DNA from: Bacteroidota bacterium
Lineage (GTDB): Bacteria; Bacteroidota; Ignavibacteria; SZUA-365
NCBI GenBank assembly: GCA_018224415.1
Contig: JAGTUZ010000078.1
Span: forward strand, 1 to 49,566
Direction: 5' to 3'
DNA length: 49,566 nt
The notes beneath the pieces are model-generated. The model worked only from the letters and a program-made list of their open reading frames with translations. It was not told the DNA's origin and did no database searches. The position numbers were made by a program, and so were the translations under genes. Numbering within the stretch: position 1 is the first letter of the stretch; the number at the start of each line of letters is the position of its first letter. Shown in pieces: positions 16,917 to 27,167 of this stretch.

Positions 16917-18062
16917 TCAGTGGCCGTTCGTTTTTCTGGCTTCGTCTGGCACAAATTTCATCACTTCCTCCACCACCGCGTCGATGATTTCTTCCTCTTT
17001 CAGGCGGCGGACCACCTCGCCCTTGCGGTAGAGGATGCCGACGCCCTTGCCGGCGGCGATTCCGATATCGGCCTCGCTGGCTTCTCCCGGACCGTTAACC
17101 ACGCATCCGAGCAGGGCGATTTTCACGGGCTTCTTCACTCCGGCGAGACGCTCTTCGAGTTCGTTGGTGATTTTGAAGAGATCCACCTCCAGTCGACCGC
17201 AGGTGGGACACGCAATGATTTCGACGTTGCGTGACGCGAGACCAAGCGAGCGCAGGATTTCCTTTCCGACCTCGACTTCCTTGTATGGCTCGTCGGTCAG
17301 CGAGACGCGGATGGTATCACCGATGCCTTCGGCCAGAAGCGTACCGATACCGACGGCGCTTTTGATGGTCCCGATGCGAGACGTGCCCGCTTCGGTCACG
17401 CCGAGGTGCAGTGGGTAGTCCGTGCGTTCGGCGAGATAGCGATAGGCCTCGATCATGAGTCGGGTATCGGTGGATTTCACCGAGATGATCACGTCGCGAA
17501 ATCCGAAGTCCTCACAGATCGTGGCGTGACGCATGGCGCTTTCGAACAGCGCCTCGGCCGTGGGGTAGCCGTGCTTCTCGAGGATGTCTTCTTCCAGCGA
17601 ACCCGAATTCACGCCGATGCGGATGGGGATACCTCGTTCTTTCGCGGCACCCAGCACCTGGTGGATGCGGTCGATCGAGCCGATGTTGCCGGGATTGATG
17701 CGCACCTTCGCCACGCCGGCTTTGACTGCCTCAAGCGCGAAGATGTGGTTGAAATGGATGTCCGCCACGATCGGGAGCGGCGATTGCCGGACGATGTCGG
17801 CCATGGCGGCGGCGGCCTGCTTGTCGTTGACCGTGACGCGCACGATGTCGCAGCCTTCATCCGCCGCGCGGCGGATCTGGTCGACGGTCGCGGCGACGTT
17901 GCTGGTTTTGACCTTGGTCATGGTCTGGACGCTGATCGGCGCGTCGCCTCCCACGGGCACATCGCCGACCCATACCTTGCGGGTGTTTCTCCGGATGGCT
18001 TTCACCTGCGGCGGCTCCCATACGGGTGCGTTCGGATCCTGAATGACGGGAATCTCGATCAT
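16917..18062 (-). CDS. ispG: 4-hydroxy-3-methylbut-2-en-1-yl diphosphate synthase
   Basis: 381 aa, GcpE family throughout (VGDVPVGGDAPISVQTMT, RINPGNIG). Fe-S cysteines at IIACPTCGR and GCVVNGPGE. Confidence 0.92.
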   Translation of the reverse strand: MIEIPVIQDPNAPVWEPPQVKAIRRNTRKVWVGDVPVGGDAPISVQTMTKVKTSNVAATVDQIRRAADEGCDIVRVTVNDKQAAAAMADIVRQSPLPIVADIHFNHIFALEAVKAGVAKVRINPGNIGSIDRIHQVLGAAKERGIPIRIGVNSGSLEEDILEKHGYPTAEALFESAMRHATICEDFGFRDVIISVKSTDTRLMIEAYRYLAERTDYPLHLGVTEAGTSRIGTIKSAVGIGTLLAEGIGDTIRVSLTDEPYKEVEVGKEILRSLGLASRNVEIIACPTCGRLEVDLFKITNELEERLAGVKKPVKIALLGCVVNGPGEASEADIGIAAGKGVGILYRKGEVVRRLKEEEIIDAVVEEVMKFVPDEARKTNGH

Positions 18063-18100
18063 GAGAGTTCTTTCAATCCTGCTTCGTTGTCGTGATGGAA

Positions 18101-19027
18101 TCAGTGTGTGTTTTTGTCGGGATGGATGCGCTTGCTTGCGTCAAGCAGGATGCGCTTCTCTTCTTCCGTCAGTGCGGCATACCCCGAGGTGCTGATCTTG
18201 TCGAGAATATCGTCAATGCGCTTCTGTGCTTCATCGTATTCCCGGTCGCCCGTCGGACGGCGCGGCTCGGTTTCCTTTTGGTCGGGAGTGAACTCGTAGA
18301 ATTTCGCCTCCCGCGGAGCGTTGTTCCACCCTGTACCGGAGACGTCGGTACTGCGACGGCGGCTGATCCAGCGGTCGATGCGGCCCTGACGGTCGAGGAG
18401 CACCCACAGACCGCCCACGACAGCGCCACCAAGATGGGCGACATGGGCGATGCCCTCGCGCGTCCCCATGACACTGAACACCACCTCGAGAAGGATGAGC
18501 CCGGTCACGAGGTATTTCGCGCGCATGGGCACGAAGAAATAGAGATAGATATAGCGGTCGGGGAAAACCATCGCGAAGGCAGCCAGGACGCCGTAGACTC
18601 CGCCCGAGGCGCCGATGGTCGGTCCGGTGCTGGTCAGAAGTGGGGCGATGAACAGGTTGGCAATACCGGCGACGATGCCTGCGGCGAAGTACATATACAG
18701 GAATTTTTTTGAGCCCCAGGTGTTTTCCAGTTCGACGCCGAACATCCACAGCATGATCATGTTGAAAAATATATGCGTCAGTCCACCATGCAGGAACATG
18801 TAGGTCACCAACTGCCAGGGCATGAAATTGCCGGAACCGAGCGGCCAGAGATAGAAGGTCTCGCCGAACCAGTACGAAAGCGGCCGCCCACCGATCGTGA
18901 AAAAGCCGCCTTCAAGAGCGAGCTGGAGGAAAAACACCACAACGTTGATGATCAGGAGATTCTTGATCACTGGAGGGAAAAAGCTGAAACCTCCGAATTG
19001 CGGTCGATAATGCTGGGAGTAGTTCAT
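18101..19027 (-). CDS. rhomboid-family intramembrane serine protease
   Basis: Catalytic motifs GASGGVYG and HLGGAVVG in a six-helix core, plus a soluble C-terminal extension. Confidence 0.85.
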   Translation of the reverse strand: MNYSQHYRPQFGGFSFFPPVIKNLLIINVVVFFLQLALEGGFFTIGGRPLSYWFGETFYLWPLGSGNFMPWQLVTYMFLHGGLTHIFFNMIMLWMFGVELENTWGSKKFLYMYFAAGIVAGIANLFIAPLLTSTGPTIGASGGVYGVLAAFAMVFPDRYIYLYFFVPMRAKYLVTGLILLEVVFSVMGTREGIAHVAHLGGAVVGGLWVLLDRQGRIDRWISRRRSTDVSGTGWNNAPREAKFYEFTPDQKETEPRRPTGDREYDEAQKRIDDILDKISTSGYAALTEEEKRILLDASKRIHPDKNTH

Positions 19028-19105
19028 GGTTGCCTGTCGTTCATCAAAAGGAAAACAGAGTGCCGAGGGTGATCGTTCCGCCGGCGTCGGCCGGGCGTGA
19101 ACCGC

Positions 19106-20305
19106 TTATGACCGGTCTGTGAGCGCCGCGACACCGGGAAGGACTTTTCCCTCCAGCAGTTCGAGCGAGGCGCCTCCCCCGGTGGAGACGTGGGAAACAT
19201 CGGATTCGAGTCCTGCCTGCGCGATGGCAGCAGCGGAGTCGCCCCCGCCGATTATCGTAATCGCACCGGTCTTCGTCGCGGCGACCAGCGCATCCGTGAT
19301 GGCGAAGGTGCCGTTGGCGAAGACCGGCATCTCGAACACTCCCATCGGTCCGTTCCACACGATGGTTCTTGCTCCGGCGATGGTGTCGGAGAACAGCGTG
19401 ACGGTGTCCGGTCCGATATCGAGTCCCATCATATCAGCCGGAATCTCGGTGACAGGGACGATGCGCGTTTCGGTGTCGTTGGAGAATTCCTTTCCCACGA
19501 CGGTGTCTACCGGAAGCAGCAGTTGTTTGCCACTCGTTTCGGCTTTGCGCAGCAATTCGCGTGCGAGATCGACTTTGTCTGCTTCGAGCAGGGATGTGCC
19601 GACTTCCAGACCCTGGGCCTTGAGGAAGGTAAACATCATGCCGCCCCCGATGAGCAGCGTGTCCACTTTCTCGAGCAGGTTCGAGAGCACATCGATCTTT
19701 CCCGAAATTTTTGCCCCGCCGAGAATGGCGAGATACGGGCGTTCGGGATTTCCGGAGGCGCGGCCGAGATAGTTGAGTTCCTTCTCCATCAGCAGTCCTG
19801 CCATCGAGGGGGAAAGGAATTTCGTCACGCCTTCGGTGGATGCGTGTGCGCGGTGGGCCGTGCCGAAGGCATCGTTGACGTACATATCACCGAGCGCGGC
19901 GAGCTGCCTGGCGAAGCCTTCGTCGTTGGCTTCTTCCTCTGCGTGGAAGCGCAGGTTCTCGAGCAGCAGTATGTCCCCCGGCTTCAATGCCGCGGCCATG
20001 CGATCGACCTCACTCCCGACGCAATCGGGGGCGAAGGCGATGGGTCGGCCGAGCAGGTCGCCCAGGTGCGTGGCGATGGGGCGCAGGCTGAAGGCGGGAT
20101 TCGGTTTGCCTTTGGGACGGCCGAGATGGCTCATGAGAATCAACGAGGCGCCGCCTTCAAGCAGTGCGTTGATGGTCGGCAGGCTCGCGACGATTCGGGT
20201 GTCGTCGGTGATCTCCTGATGGTCATCGAGGGGAACGTTGAAGTCGACACGCATGAGGATGCGCTTGCCTTCGAAGGCGGCGTCGTGGATGGTCATCTTG
20301 TTCAT
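19106..20305 (-). CDS. pgk: phosphoglycerate kinase
   Basis: ORF 19106..20431 trimmed to ATG 20305..20303 ([26 protein letters not shown]), preceded by aaggag. Motifs MSHLGRPKG and GGGDSAAA. Confidence 0.92.
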   Translation of the reverse strand: MNKMTIHDAAFEGKRILMRVDFNVPLDDHQEITDDTRIVASLPTINALLEGGASLILMSHLGRPKGKPNPAFSLRPIATHLGDLLGRPIAFAPDCVGSEVDRMAAALKPGDILLLENLRFHAEEEANDEGFARQLAALGDMYVNDAFGTAHRAHASTEGVTKFLSPSMAGLLMEKELNYLGRASGNPERPYLAILGGAKISGKIDVLSNLLEKVDTLLIGGGMMFTFLKAQGLEVGTSLLEADKVDLARELLRKAETSGKQLLLPVDTVVGKEFSNDTETRIVPVTEIPADMMGLDIGPDTVTLFSDTIAGARTIVWNGPMGVFEMPVFANGTFAITDALVAATKTGAITIIGGGDSAAAIAQAGLESDVSHVSTGGGASLELLEGKVLPGVAALTDRS

Positions 20306-20395
20306 CGCAAACTCCTTTACGTTCAGCGTCCTCATACAACAGCACCATGACATTCGGGACGCAAAGGTGGAAAAACCTATGGAATTTCGTGGCGT

Positions 20396-20431
20396 AAACA
20401 AAAAGTGACCTGCAGGACTGCTGCAGGTCAC
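20396..20431 (-). terminator. intrinsic terminator (or attenuator) between gap and pgk
   Basis: The minus strand reads gtgacctgcag-cagtc-ctgcaggtcac (perfect 11-bp stem) followed by tttttgttt. Confidence 0.65.
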
Positions 20432-20452
20432 CGCTCAGGTCATGCGGAGCGT

Positions 20453-21519
<1,067 letters not shown>

Positions 21520-21565
21520 TTATGAACCAAACGTGTCCGAATAGGAAATCGTGCCCGCACCAGGT

Positions 21566-22957
21566 TCAATTTTTCAGCAGCAACTGCCGGATCAGCAGAT
21601 CTTCGGCTTCCCGGGCGCGATGCACCTCGTCGGCCTCTTCCGTCTTTCCAATTTTCCGGAGGGCAAATTCGAGCAGTCCGGTCAGCGTGTCGCGGACCCC
21701 GATGCGCGTTTGTTGGTCCTGGATCTGCAGCCAGGCGTGCTGCTCGTTGAGCCGGCGAAGGCGATGCACGATCTGGCCGGGCCGGGCCGAATCCTTCATC
21801 GCTCGCTGGTTGACCCGGCGAAGGTAGGAAGTGACATCGAGGTTCGGCCCGTCCCCCTCGCCGTGCACGTTGCGGACACGGTCAAGCGTGGCATTGACCG
21901 TCATTGAATCGGCGACCATCTGTTTGAGGCGGAGGTTGTAGCCGGGCAGCATGCGCAGCCGTACCGCATCGGGACGGTGATCAGGGAAGTCGCGCTGTCC
22001 GAGGTTGTAGATGAGGCCGAGGCAGAAATCCCGCGTGAGGTTGGTTGTAACGAAGTTCAGTCCCGCAGTCACCAGGAGGTCGCCCGTCCCGCCAGTGAGC
22101 AGAGGGAATTTCTCGATGAGATTCTGCCGCATGAACAGCGCCTGGTTGTGTGCCCGCTGGATGTCGCCTCCCGGGAGCGTGCGCCGCGTGCGGAGGAACT
22201 GCAGCGTCTTGACCGGCTCGCGGTATCCGAGGATTTCGAGGATGCCCATGGCCTGGCTGAAACCGACTTCGATATAATATTTGACCGGACCGCGCTTGGC
22301 GAGTTCGCTCACCTTGCGCATGAGCATGCCGTTCCCCGTCAGTTTGGCATTGGCGATGATGTTGAAATGCGTGGTGTCAGGATACCCGAGGTCGACGTAG
22401 GTGTCGCGGGGAATGGACATGAATTCCACCACTGCCGAATCAGGGTTGATGCTGACCAGATGCAGGGCGTCTGCACGCGCGTGGCGCGCGGAAAGGCGGG
22501 AGTCGATGCCGATGATGAGGATGTTGATCAATCGCCCGCGAACGGGTGGCAGTTGGGAAATATTCCGCAGCTGCGCCTGCAGTGTTGAATCCTCGATCAG
22601 CGGGCGAAGGGGAAGACGTGCACGTTGGTCTTCGCTCAGTCGCTGCGCATCGGTCAGGATGGTGTCTGCGTTCTGTTCGATGGCGGCACTGCGCACCTGC
22701 TCGGCGGCTTCTTCCAGACTGCCTTCCTTCGCCCAGAAATACAGCCCGTCGGATGCGTCCTTGGCCAACCGCAGACCCGCGCGCAATGCGCTCGCGGGAC
22801 CCGGCAGGCTGGTCATCAGGGAGGCTGTGAAGCCCCATGCACCAATGAAGACAACCAGCCAGAACACTGTACGGCCGAGAATGATCAGGCGGCGCTTCCC
22901 GCGACTGAGCGTGACTTGTTCGTTCTGGATTTCTGCTTCCTCGATCTCGGGGGACAT
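21566..22957 (-). CDS. LytR-CpsA-Psr (LCP) family protein with N-terminal membrane anchor
   Basis: Anchor LIILGRTVFWLVVFIGAWGF. LCP core NILIIGIDSRLSARHARADALHLVSINPDSAVVEFMSIPRDTYV. Starts 3 nt after the metH-like stop. Confidence 0.75.
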   Translation of the reverse strand: MSPEIEEAEIQNEQVTLSRGKRRLIILGRTVFWLVVFIGAWGFTASLMTSLPGPASALRAGLRLAKDASDGLYFWAKEGSLEEAAEQVRSAAIEQNADTILTDAQRLSEDQRARLPLRPLIEDSTLQAQLRNISQLPPVRGRLINILIIGIDSRLSARHARADALHLVSINPDSAVVEFMSIPRDTYVDLGYPDTTHFNIIANAKLTGNGMLMRKVSELAKRGPVKYYIEVGFSQAMGILEILGYREPVKTLQFLRTRRTLPGGDIQRAHNQALFMRQNLIEKFPLLTGGTGDLLVTAGLNFVTTNLTRDFCLGLIYNLGQRDFPDHRPDAVRLRMLPGYNLRLKQMVADSMTVNATLDRVRNVHGEGDGPNLDVTSYLRRVNQRAMKDSARPGQIVHRLRRLNEQHAWLQIQDQQTRIGVRDTLTGLLEFALRKIGKTEEADEVHRAREAEDLLIRQLLLKN

Positions 22958-22960
22958 GCC

Positions 22961-24748
22961 TTATTTCACGTTGAAGTATTTCGCTTCGGGGTGGTGAACG
23001 ATGATGGCGCTGGTACTTTGCTCGGGGACAAGCTGGAATTCCTCGGTCAACGTGATGCCAATGCGTTCCGGCCGAAGCAGGGTGAACAACTGTTGCTGGT
23101 CTTCCAGGTTCGGACAGGCAGGATAGCCGAAGGAATATCGGGATCCCTGATAGCCCTGGGAGAACAGGCGACGAATGTCGGTGGCGTCTTTTCCGTCGAT
23201 GCCGAGTTCGATACGCACCGATTTGTGCCAGTATTCGGCGAGCGCTTCGGCGCTTTCGACGGTCAGTCCATGTGTGTAGAGGTAGTCCTGGTACTTGTTC
23301 TGCGCGAACTGGGCGGCAGTGTACTCGCTGGCATACGCACCCATGGTCACGACGTGGAAGGCGCAGATGTCCAGGACACCTTCTTCCGCCGGACGGAAAA
23401 AATCCGCTATACAAAGATAGCGGTCGCCGGACTGTCGTGGAAACGCGAAACGCACCCACTCCTCCAATGCATCCATTTCATATGCCCTCTGCGGCCATGG
23501 GGCGTGGAGTGCTTCGTCGGAAAGCGCGCGCGGGCGGTACACCACAAGTTCGTCGCCGTCGGACTGACAGGGGAAATAGCCATACGCCAGCGCGGGACGC
23601 AGCACCTGCTCCCGCTTCAGCTGCAGCTTCAATGCCTCAAGCCGCGGACGGATGACGCGTTCCAGCTCCTGCTGGTATTCCTCCTCGCTGCGCTTGCCGC
23701 GACGGAATTGCCACTGACCGCGCACCAGTGCGACCTCGTTGACATACTCGTACACTTTTTCGATCGCGACGTCGGTGACGATCTTCGAACCAAAAAACGG
23801 AGGTGTGGGCACGGCGGCATGACGTTCGACGTCGGAGCGAAGACGGAATACGGGACGGCGATCGCGGTTGGCGGTGACACCGACGGCGTCTTCCGCAGCC
23901 GCAGCGATCTTCGCCTCCGTGCCGGAGAGGTCCCCGGCTTCGGTCGCGGCATCGGCCATGTGATCGGTGCCCTCAGGAAACAGTCTGCCGGCGGCCAGAT
24001 CATCCATGAGGCGCAGCCCGTCGAATGCGTCGCGTGCAAACCGCAGCTCGCCGTCATAGAGGGGACGCAGGTCTTCTTCGACGAAGCGGCGTGTGAGTGC
24101 CGCGCCACCGAGAATGACCGGGACCCGCAGGCCACGGCCCTGCATCAGTTCGAGGTTCTCCTTCATGATGAGGGTCGACTTGACCAGCAGACCGCTCATG
24201 CCGATGGCGTCGGCGTGCTGTTCCTCTGTGGTGGCGAGCATCTGTTCGACCGGGACCTTGATGCCGAGGTTGATGACGCGGAAGCCGTTGTTGGTGAGAA
24301 TAATGTCGACCAGGTTTTTTCCGATGTCATGCACATCGCCTTTCACTGTGGCGAGCACGATGGTCCCCTTCGCTGTCGCGTCGGTTTTCTCCATGTGCGG
24401 CTCGAGCAGGGCGACGGCGGCTTTCATCGTCTCGGCGGACTGCAGCACGAAGGGCAGCTGCATCTGGCCGGATCCGAAGAGTTCGCCCACCGTCTTCATG
24501 CCGTCGAGAAGGATGTTGTTGATGATCTCCAGCGCCTCATGGCTGCCCAGCGCCTCGGCGATGTCGCGGTCGAGACCGATGCGGTCGCCATCAACGATGC
24601 GTTCCCTGAGCCGGTCCTCGACCGCAGCCGATTCCCCGGCCGACTCGCGTCGCTCGATCGGTCGGTCACCGGGGTAATGCTCCATGAAGACCGTCAGCGG
24701 ATCGTATACGCAGCGCGTCTCGCCGCCGGAGGAAGGATCTGACGTCAT
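22961..24748 (-). CDS. metH: methionine synthase C-terminal modules only (B12 cap + cobalamin-binding + AdoMet reactivation domains)
   Basis: 595 aa. Cap helix bundle LLDGMKTVGELFGSGQMQLPFVLQSAETMK. Cobalamin motif GDVHDIGKN...MSGLL...ILGGAA. Reactivation domain ending RYSFGYPACP...VHHPEAKYFNV. No homocysteine- or pterin-binding module is encoded upstream. Confidence 0.85.
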   Translation of the reverse strand: MTSDPSSGGETRCVYDPLTVFMEHYPGDRPIERRESAGESAAVEDRLRERIVDGDRIGLDRDIAEALGSHEALEIINNILLDGMKTVGELFGSGQMQLPFVLQSAETMKAAVALLEPHMEKTDATAKGTIVLATVKGDVHDIGKNLVDIILTNNGFRVINLGIKVPVEQMLATTEEQHADAIGMSGLLVKSTLIMKENLELMQGRGLRVPVILGGAALTRRFVEEDLRPLYDGELRFARDAFDGLRLMDDLAAGRLFPEGTDHMADAATEAGDLSGTEAKIAAAAEDAVGVTANRDRRPVFRLRSDVERHAAVPTPPFFGSKIVTDVAIEKVYEYVNEVALVRGQWQFRRGKRSEEEYQQELERVIRPRLEALKLQLKREQVLRPALAYGYFPCQSDGDELVVYRPRALSDEALHAPWPQRAYEMDALEEWVRFAFPRQSGDRYLCIADFFRPAEEGVLDICAFHVVTMGAYASEYTAAQFAQNKYQDYLYTHGLTVESAEALAEYWHKSVRIELGIDGKDATDIRRLFSQGYQGSRYSFGYPACPNLEDQQQLFTLLRPERIGITLTEEFQLVPEQSTSAIIVHHPEAKYFNVK

Positions 24749-24872
24749 ACCTGACCTTTAGAGTTTATGATCTGAAACTTTATTTCACACATCGTTGTTG
24801 TTTCCGTGTACCATCAGCATTGGCTCCATCCCCACATTTTTTCCTTTTTGAAATTTTTTCCTTGGCAGGGTA

Positions 24873-24901
24873 TTGACAAAGCCGAAAAAAGGTCTTACTT
24901 T
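24873..24901 (+). promoter_or_regulatory. sigma-70-type promoter candidate for the Rrf2 gene
   Basis: TTGACA-N17-TACTTT, 61 nt upstream of GTG 24963. Confidence 0.5.
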
Positions 24902-24962
24902 TTCTACTAAAAGGTAATCATATCTTTATTTATTTTTCCTCACCATCAAGGAGCCACGCCTC

Positions 24963-25547
24963 GTGTTGTACTCAAAAACCGCCCAGTACTCAATCCAGTC
25001 GATGCTGTTCATCGCCGCCAACAACTCCGAGCAGAACATTCTGGTGCGCGATGTCGCCAAAGAACTGGGTCTGCCGGCTTCTTTCCTGAGCAAGATCCTC
25101 CAGACGCTCAGCCGCTACGGTTTCCTCAACTCGGTTAAAGGCCCCAAGGGCGGTTTCTCCCTTTCGGAGAAAGGCGCCGAGTCGACCATCGCGGAGCTCG
25201 TTGCCGTCGTCGACGGCCCGATGAACTTCGAGATGTGCCTCGCCGGCTTCAGTCCGTGCAGTGAGGAAAACGCCTGTCCGTTCCATCACGAATGGAAACG
25301 TATCCGCGAGGAAATCCGCGAGCTTGTCAACAGCAAGGCCATCCTGGAGCTTTCCCATGAGATGCCCGTGCGCTATCGGACGCTGCTGACGGGTTCGGCT
25401 GCCGCGAAGGCCAAGAAGGCGACCGCGAAAAAGTCCGCCGCGAAAAAACCGGCCGCCAAGAAAGCAGTGGCGAAGAAGGCTCCCGCGAAAAAGGCCCCTG
25501 CGAAGAAGGCCCCTGCGAAGAAGGCTCCCGCCAAGAAGAAGAAGTAG
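24963..25547 (+). CDS. Rrf2-family (Fe-S type) transcriptional regulator with a Lys/Ala/Pro-repeat C-terminal tail
   Basis: GTG start 9 nt after aaggag. wHTH VRDVAKELGLPASFLSKILQTLSRYGFLNSVKGPKGGFSL. Cys triad CLAGFSPCSEENAC. Tail AAAKAKKATAKKSAAKKPAAKKAVAKKAPAKKAPAKKAPAKKAPAKKKK. Confidence 0.8.
   Translation: MLYSKTAQYSIQSMLFIAANNSEQNILVRDVAKELGLPASFLSKILQTLSRYGFLNSVKGPKGGFSLSEKGAESTIAELVAVVDGPMNFEMCLAGFSPCSEENACPFHHEWKRIREEIRELVNSKAILELSHEMPVRYRTLLTGSAAAKAKKATAKKSAAKKPAAKKAVAKKAPAKKAPAKKAPAKKAPAKKKK
25470..25544 (+). repeat. five head-to-tail 15-bp units (gcgaagaaggcYccY) encoding AKKAP repeats
   Basis: Read directly. Units start at 25470, 25485, 25500, 25515 and 25530, in frame with the Rrf2 ORF. 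Confidence 0.85.
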
Positions 25548-25591
25548 ACACGCCGGGCCGCAGCAATGCGCCCTGCCTGTCGACGTTCCAT

Positions 25592-25623
25592 CGGGACAGC
25601 CACGGCTGTCCCGATTTTTTTTT
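25592..25623 (+). terminator. intrinsic terminator after the Rrf2 gene
   Basis: cgggacagc-cacg-gctgtcccg (9-bp stem, tetraloop), then a followed by nine Ts. Confidence 0.8.
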
Positions 25624-25816
25624 CGCCGTACCGTTGTCGCCGGTTGTGCCCGATGCTGCGGGAACAGCCCGGACTGGGCGATGCCGCACCGGAAAAGGAC
25701 AACACGTTGGGGCGAGAGCCACCGAACGCACTTGATTCTGCCAAATTGCCTCTCTATTTTACTAATCTATAAAATTTTCAATCATTTTTCACTGACAATT
25801 TGACAGACCCGATACA

Positions 25817-27142
25817 ATGCGCCGATCCATTTATATAGAGACCTACGGATGCCAGATGAACTTCGCCGACACGGAGATCGTCAACGGCATTCTCAACGAG
25901 CAGGGGTACGAACTGGCCAAGGACGTTGACACTGCCGACGCCATTTTCATGAACACCTGCGCCATTCGTGACAACGCAGAGCAGCGCATCTACGGACGCC
26001 TCTCCAACTTCGAACATCTCAAGAAACGCAACCCCCACCTGGTCATCGGTATCCTCGGTTGCATGGCGGAGCGCCTGCGCAGCAGCCTGCTCGAGGAGAA
26101 TTCCAGCGTCGATATCGTCTGCGGTCCTGACGAGTACCGCAGGCTCCCCGCACTTATCGACGAGGCCTTTCAGGGGGAGAAGGGAATTCGCACCCAGCTT
26201 TCGCGAGTGGAAACGTACAACGACATCGTGCCCCTGCGCACCGACGGCATCAGTGCGTGGGTATCGGTGATGCGTGGCTGTGACAAGTTCTGCACCTACT
26301 GCGTCGTGCCATTCACCCGCGGCCGCGAGCGCAGCCGCACACTCGAGGGCATCGTCGGGGAAGTGCGTGAACTCGTCGGGCGCGGTTTCCGCGAGGTCAC
26401 GCTGCTCGGACAGAACGTGAATTCCTACCTCGACGGTACAAATGATTTCGCCACCCTGCTCGAAGCGGTGGCAGCTATCGATCCGGAACTGCGCGTCCGT
26501 TTTACCACTTCGCACCCGCAGGACATGTCACCCCGCCTGATCGACGCGATCGCGGGGAGGCCGAATATCTGCAGTTTCATTCATCTTCCCTTCCAGTCGG
26601 GTTCCGACCGCATCCTCGAGTTGATGAACCGCACGTATACCCGGGCGCATTATCTCGAGCTCGTCGGACGCATCCGCGCACGCATTCCCGGCGTGTCGAT
26701 GTCGACGGATGTGATCGCAGGGTTTCCCACGGAAACCGAAGACGACCATCGCGACACGCTATCGCTGATGGAGGAGCTGCGATACGATGGGGCGTTCATG
26801 TTCAAGTACTCTCCGCGGGAAAAAACCAAGGCATGGAAGATGGGAGACGACGTGCCCGACGACGTGAAGGGCCGCCGCCTCGAGGAGATCATCGAACTGC
26901 AGCGCCGCATCTCATACGAAAACAACAAGGCACTGATCGGCGGTACCGAGCGCATCCTGCTCGAGGGGCCAAGCAAACGTTCCCAGGAGGAGTGGATGGG
27001 TCGCACCGACACAAACAAGTCTGTCATCGTTCCGAAAGCGGGGTTCTCAGTCGGACAGTACATAGACGTGCGTATCGTCAGTGCAACATCCGCCACACTG
27101 TTCGGCGAGATCGTCGACGAAGTATCGACCCGGGCTGCCTGA
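25817..27142 (+). CDS. miaB: tRNA (N6-isopentenyl-A37) methylthiotransferase
   Basis: IYIETYGCQMNFADTE, radical-SAM CDKFCTYC, and a C-terminal TRAM domain. Confidence 0.92.
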   Translation: MRRSIYIETYGCQMNFADTEIVNGILNEQGYELAKDVDTADAIFMNTCAIRDNAEQRIYGRLSNFEHLKKRNPHLVIGILGCMAERLRSSLLEENSSVDIVCGPDEYRRLPALIDEAFQGEKGIRTQLSRVETYNDIVPLRTDGISAWVSVMRGCDKFCTYCVVPFTRGRERSRTLEGIVGEVRELVGRGFREVTLLGQNVNSYLDGTNDFATLLEAVAAIDPELRVRFTTSHPQDMSPRLIDAIAGRPNICSFIHLPFQSGSDRILELMNRTYTRAHYLELVGRIRARIPGVSMSTDVIAGFPTETEDDHRDTLSLMEELRYDGAFMFKYSPREKTKAWKMGDDVPDDVKGRRLEEIIELQRRISYENNKALIGGTERILLEGPSKRSQEEWMGRTDTNKSVIVPKAGFSVGQYIDVRIVSATSATLFGEIVDEVSTRAA

Positions 27143-27167
27143 TCCGCGCAGCCATACAGGTATCATT

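Noticed and set aside
22625-24742. 705-aa plus-strand ORF.
   Set aside because: It is antisense to the metH-like and LCP genes, both of which have clear family motifs. It has no motifs and a Gly/Arg/Asp-rich composition, so it is a shadow ORF.
24863-24877. Shared word CTTGGCAG(G/A)GTATT here and at 43297..43310, considered as sigma-54 promoters or a common operator.
   Set aside because: The -12 positions are TGAC and TTAA, lacking the conserved GC. The word sits at different positions relative to the good sigma-70-type promoters (overlapping the -35 in one case, downstream of the -10 in the other). A 13-of-14 match between two spots in several kb of spacer DNA is compatible with chance.
24749-24962. 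Possible cobalamin or SAM riboswitch in the leader of the metH-like gene.
   Set aside because: I read both strands. The region is AT-rich, with no B12-box-like GCCACTG core and no SAM-I-like conserved helices. It is better explained as a divergent promoter region (TTGACA-N17-TACTTT for rrf2). A covariance-model scan would be the decisive check.
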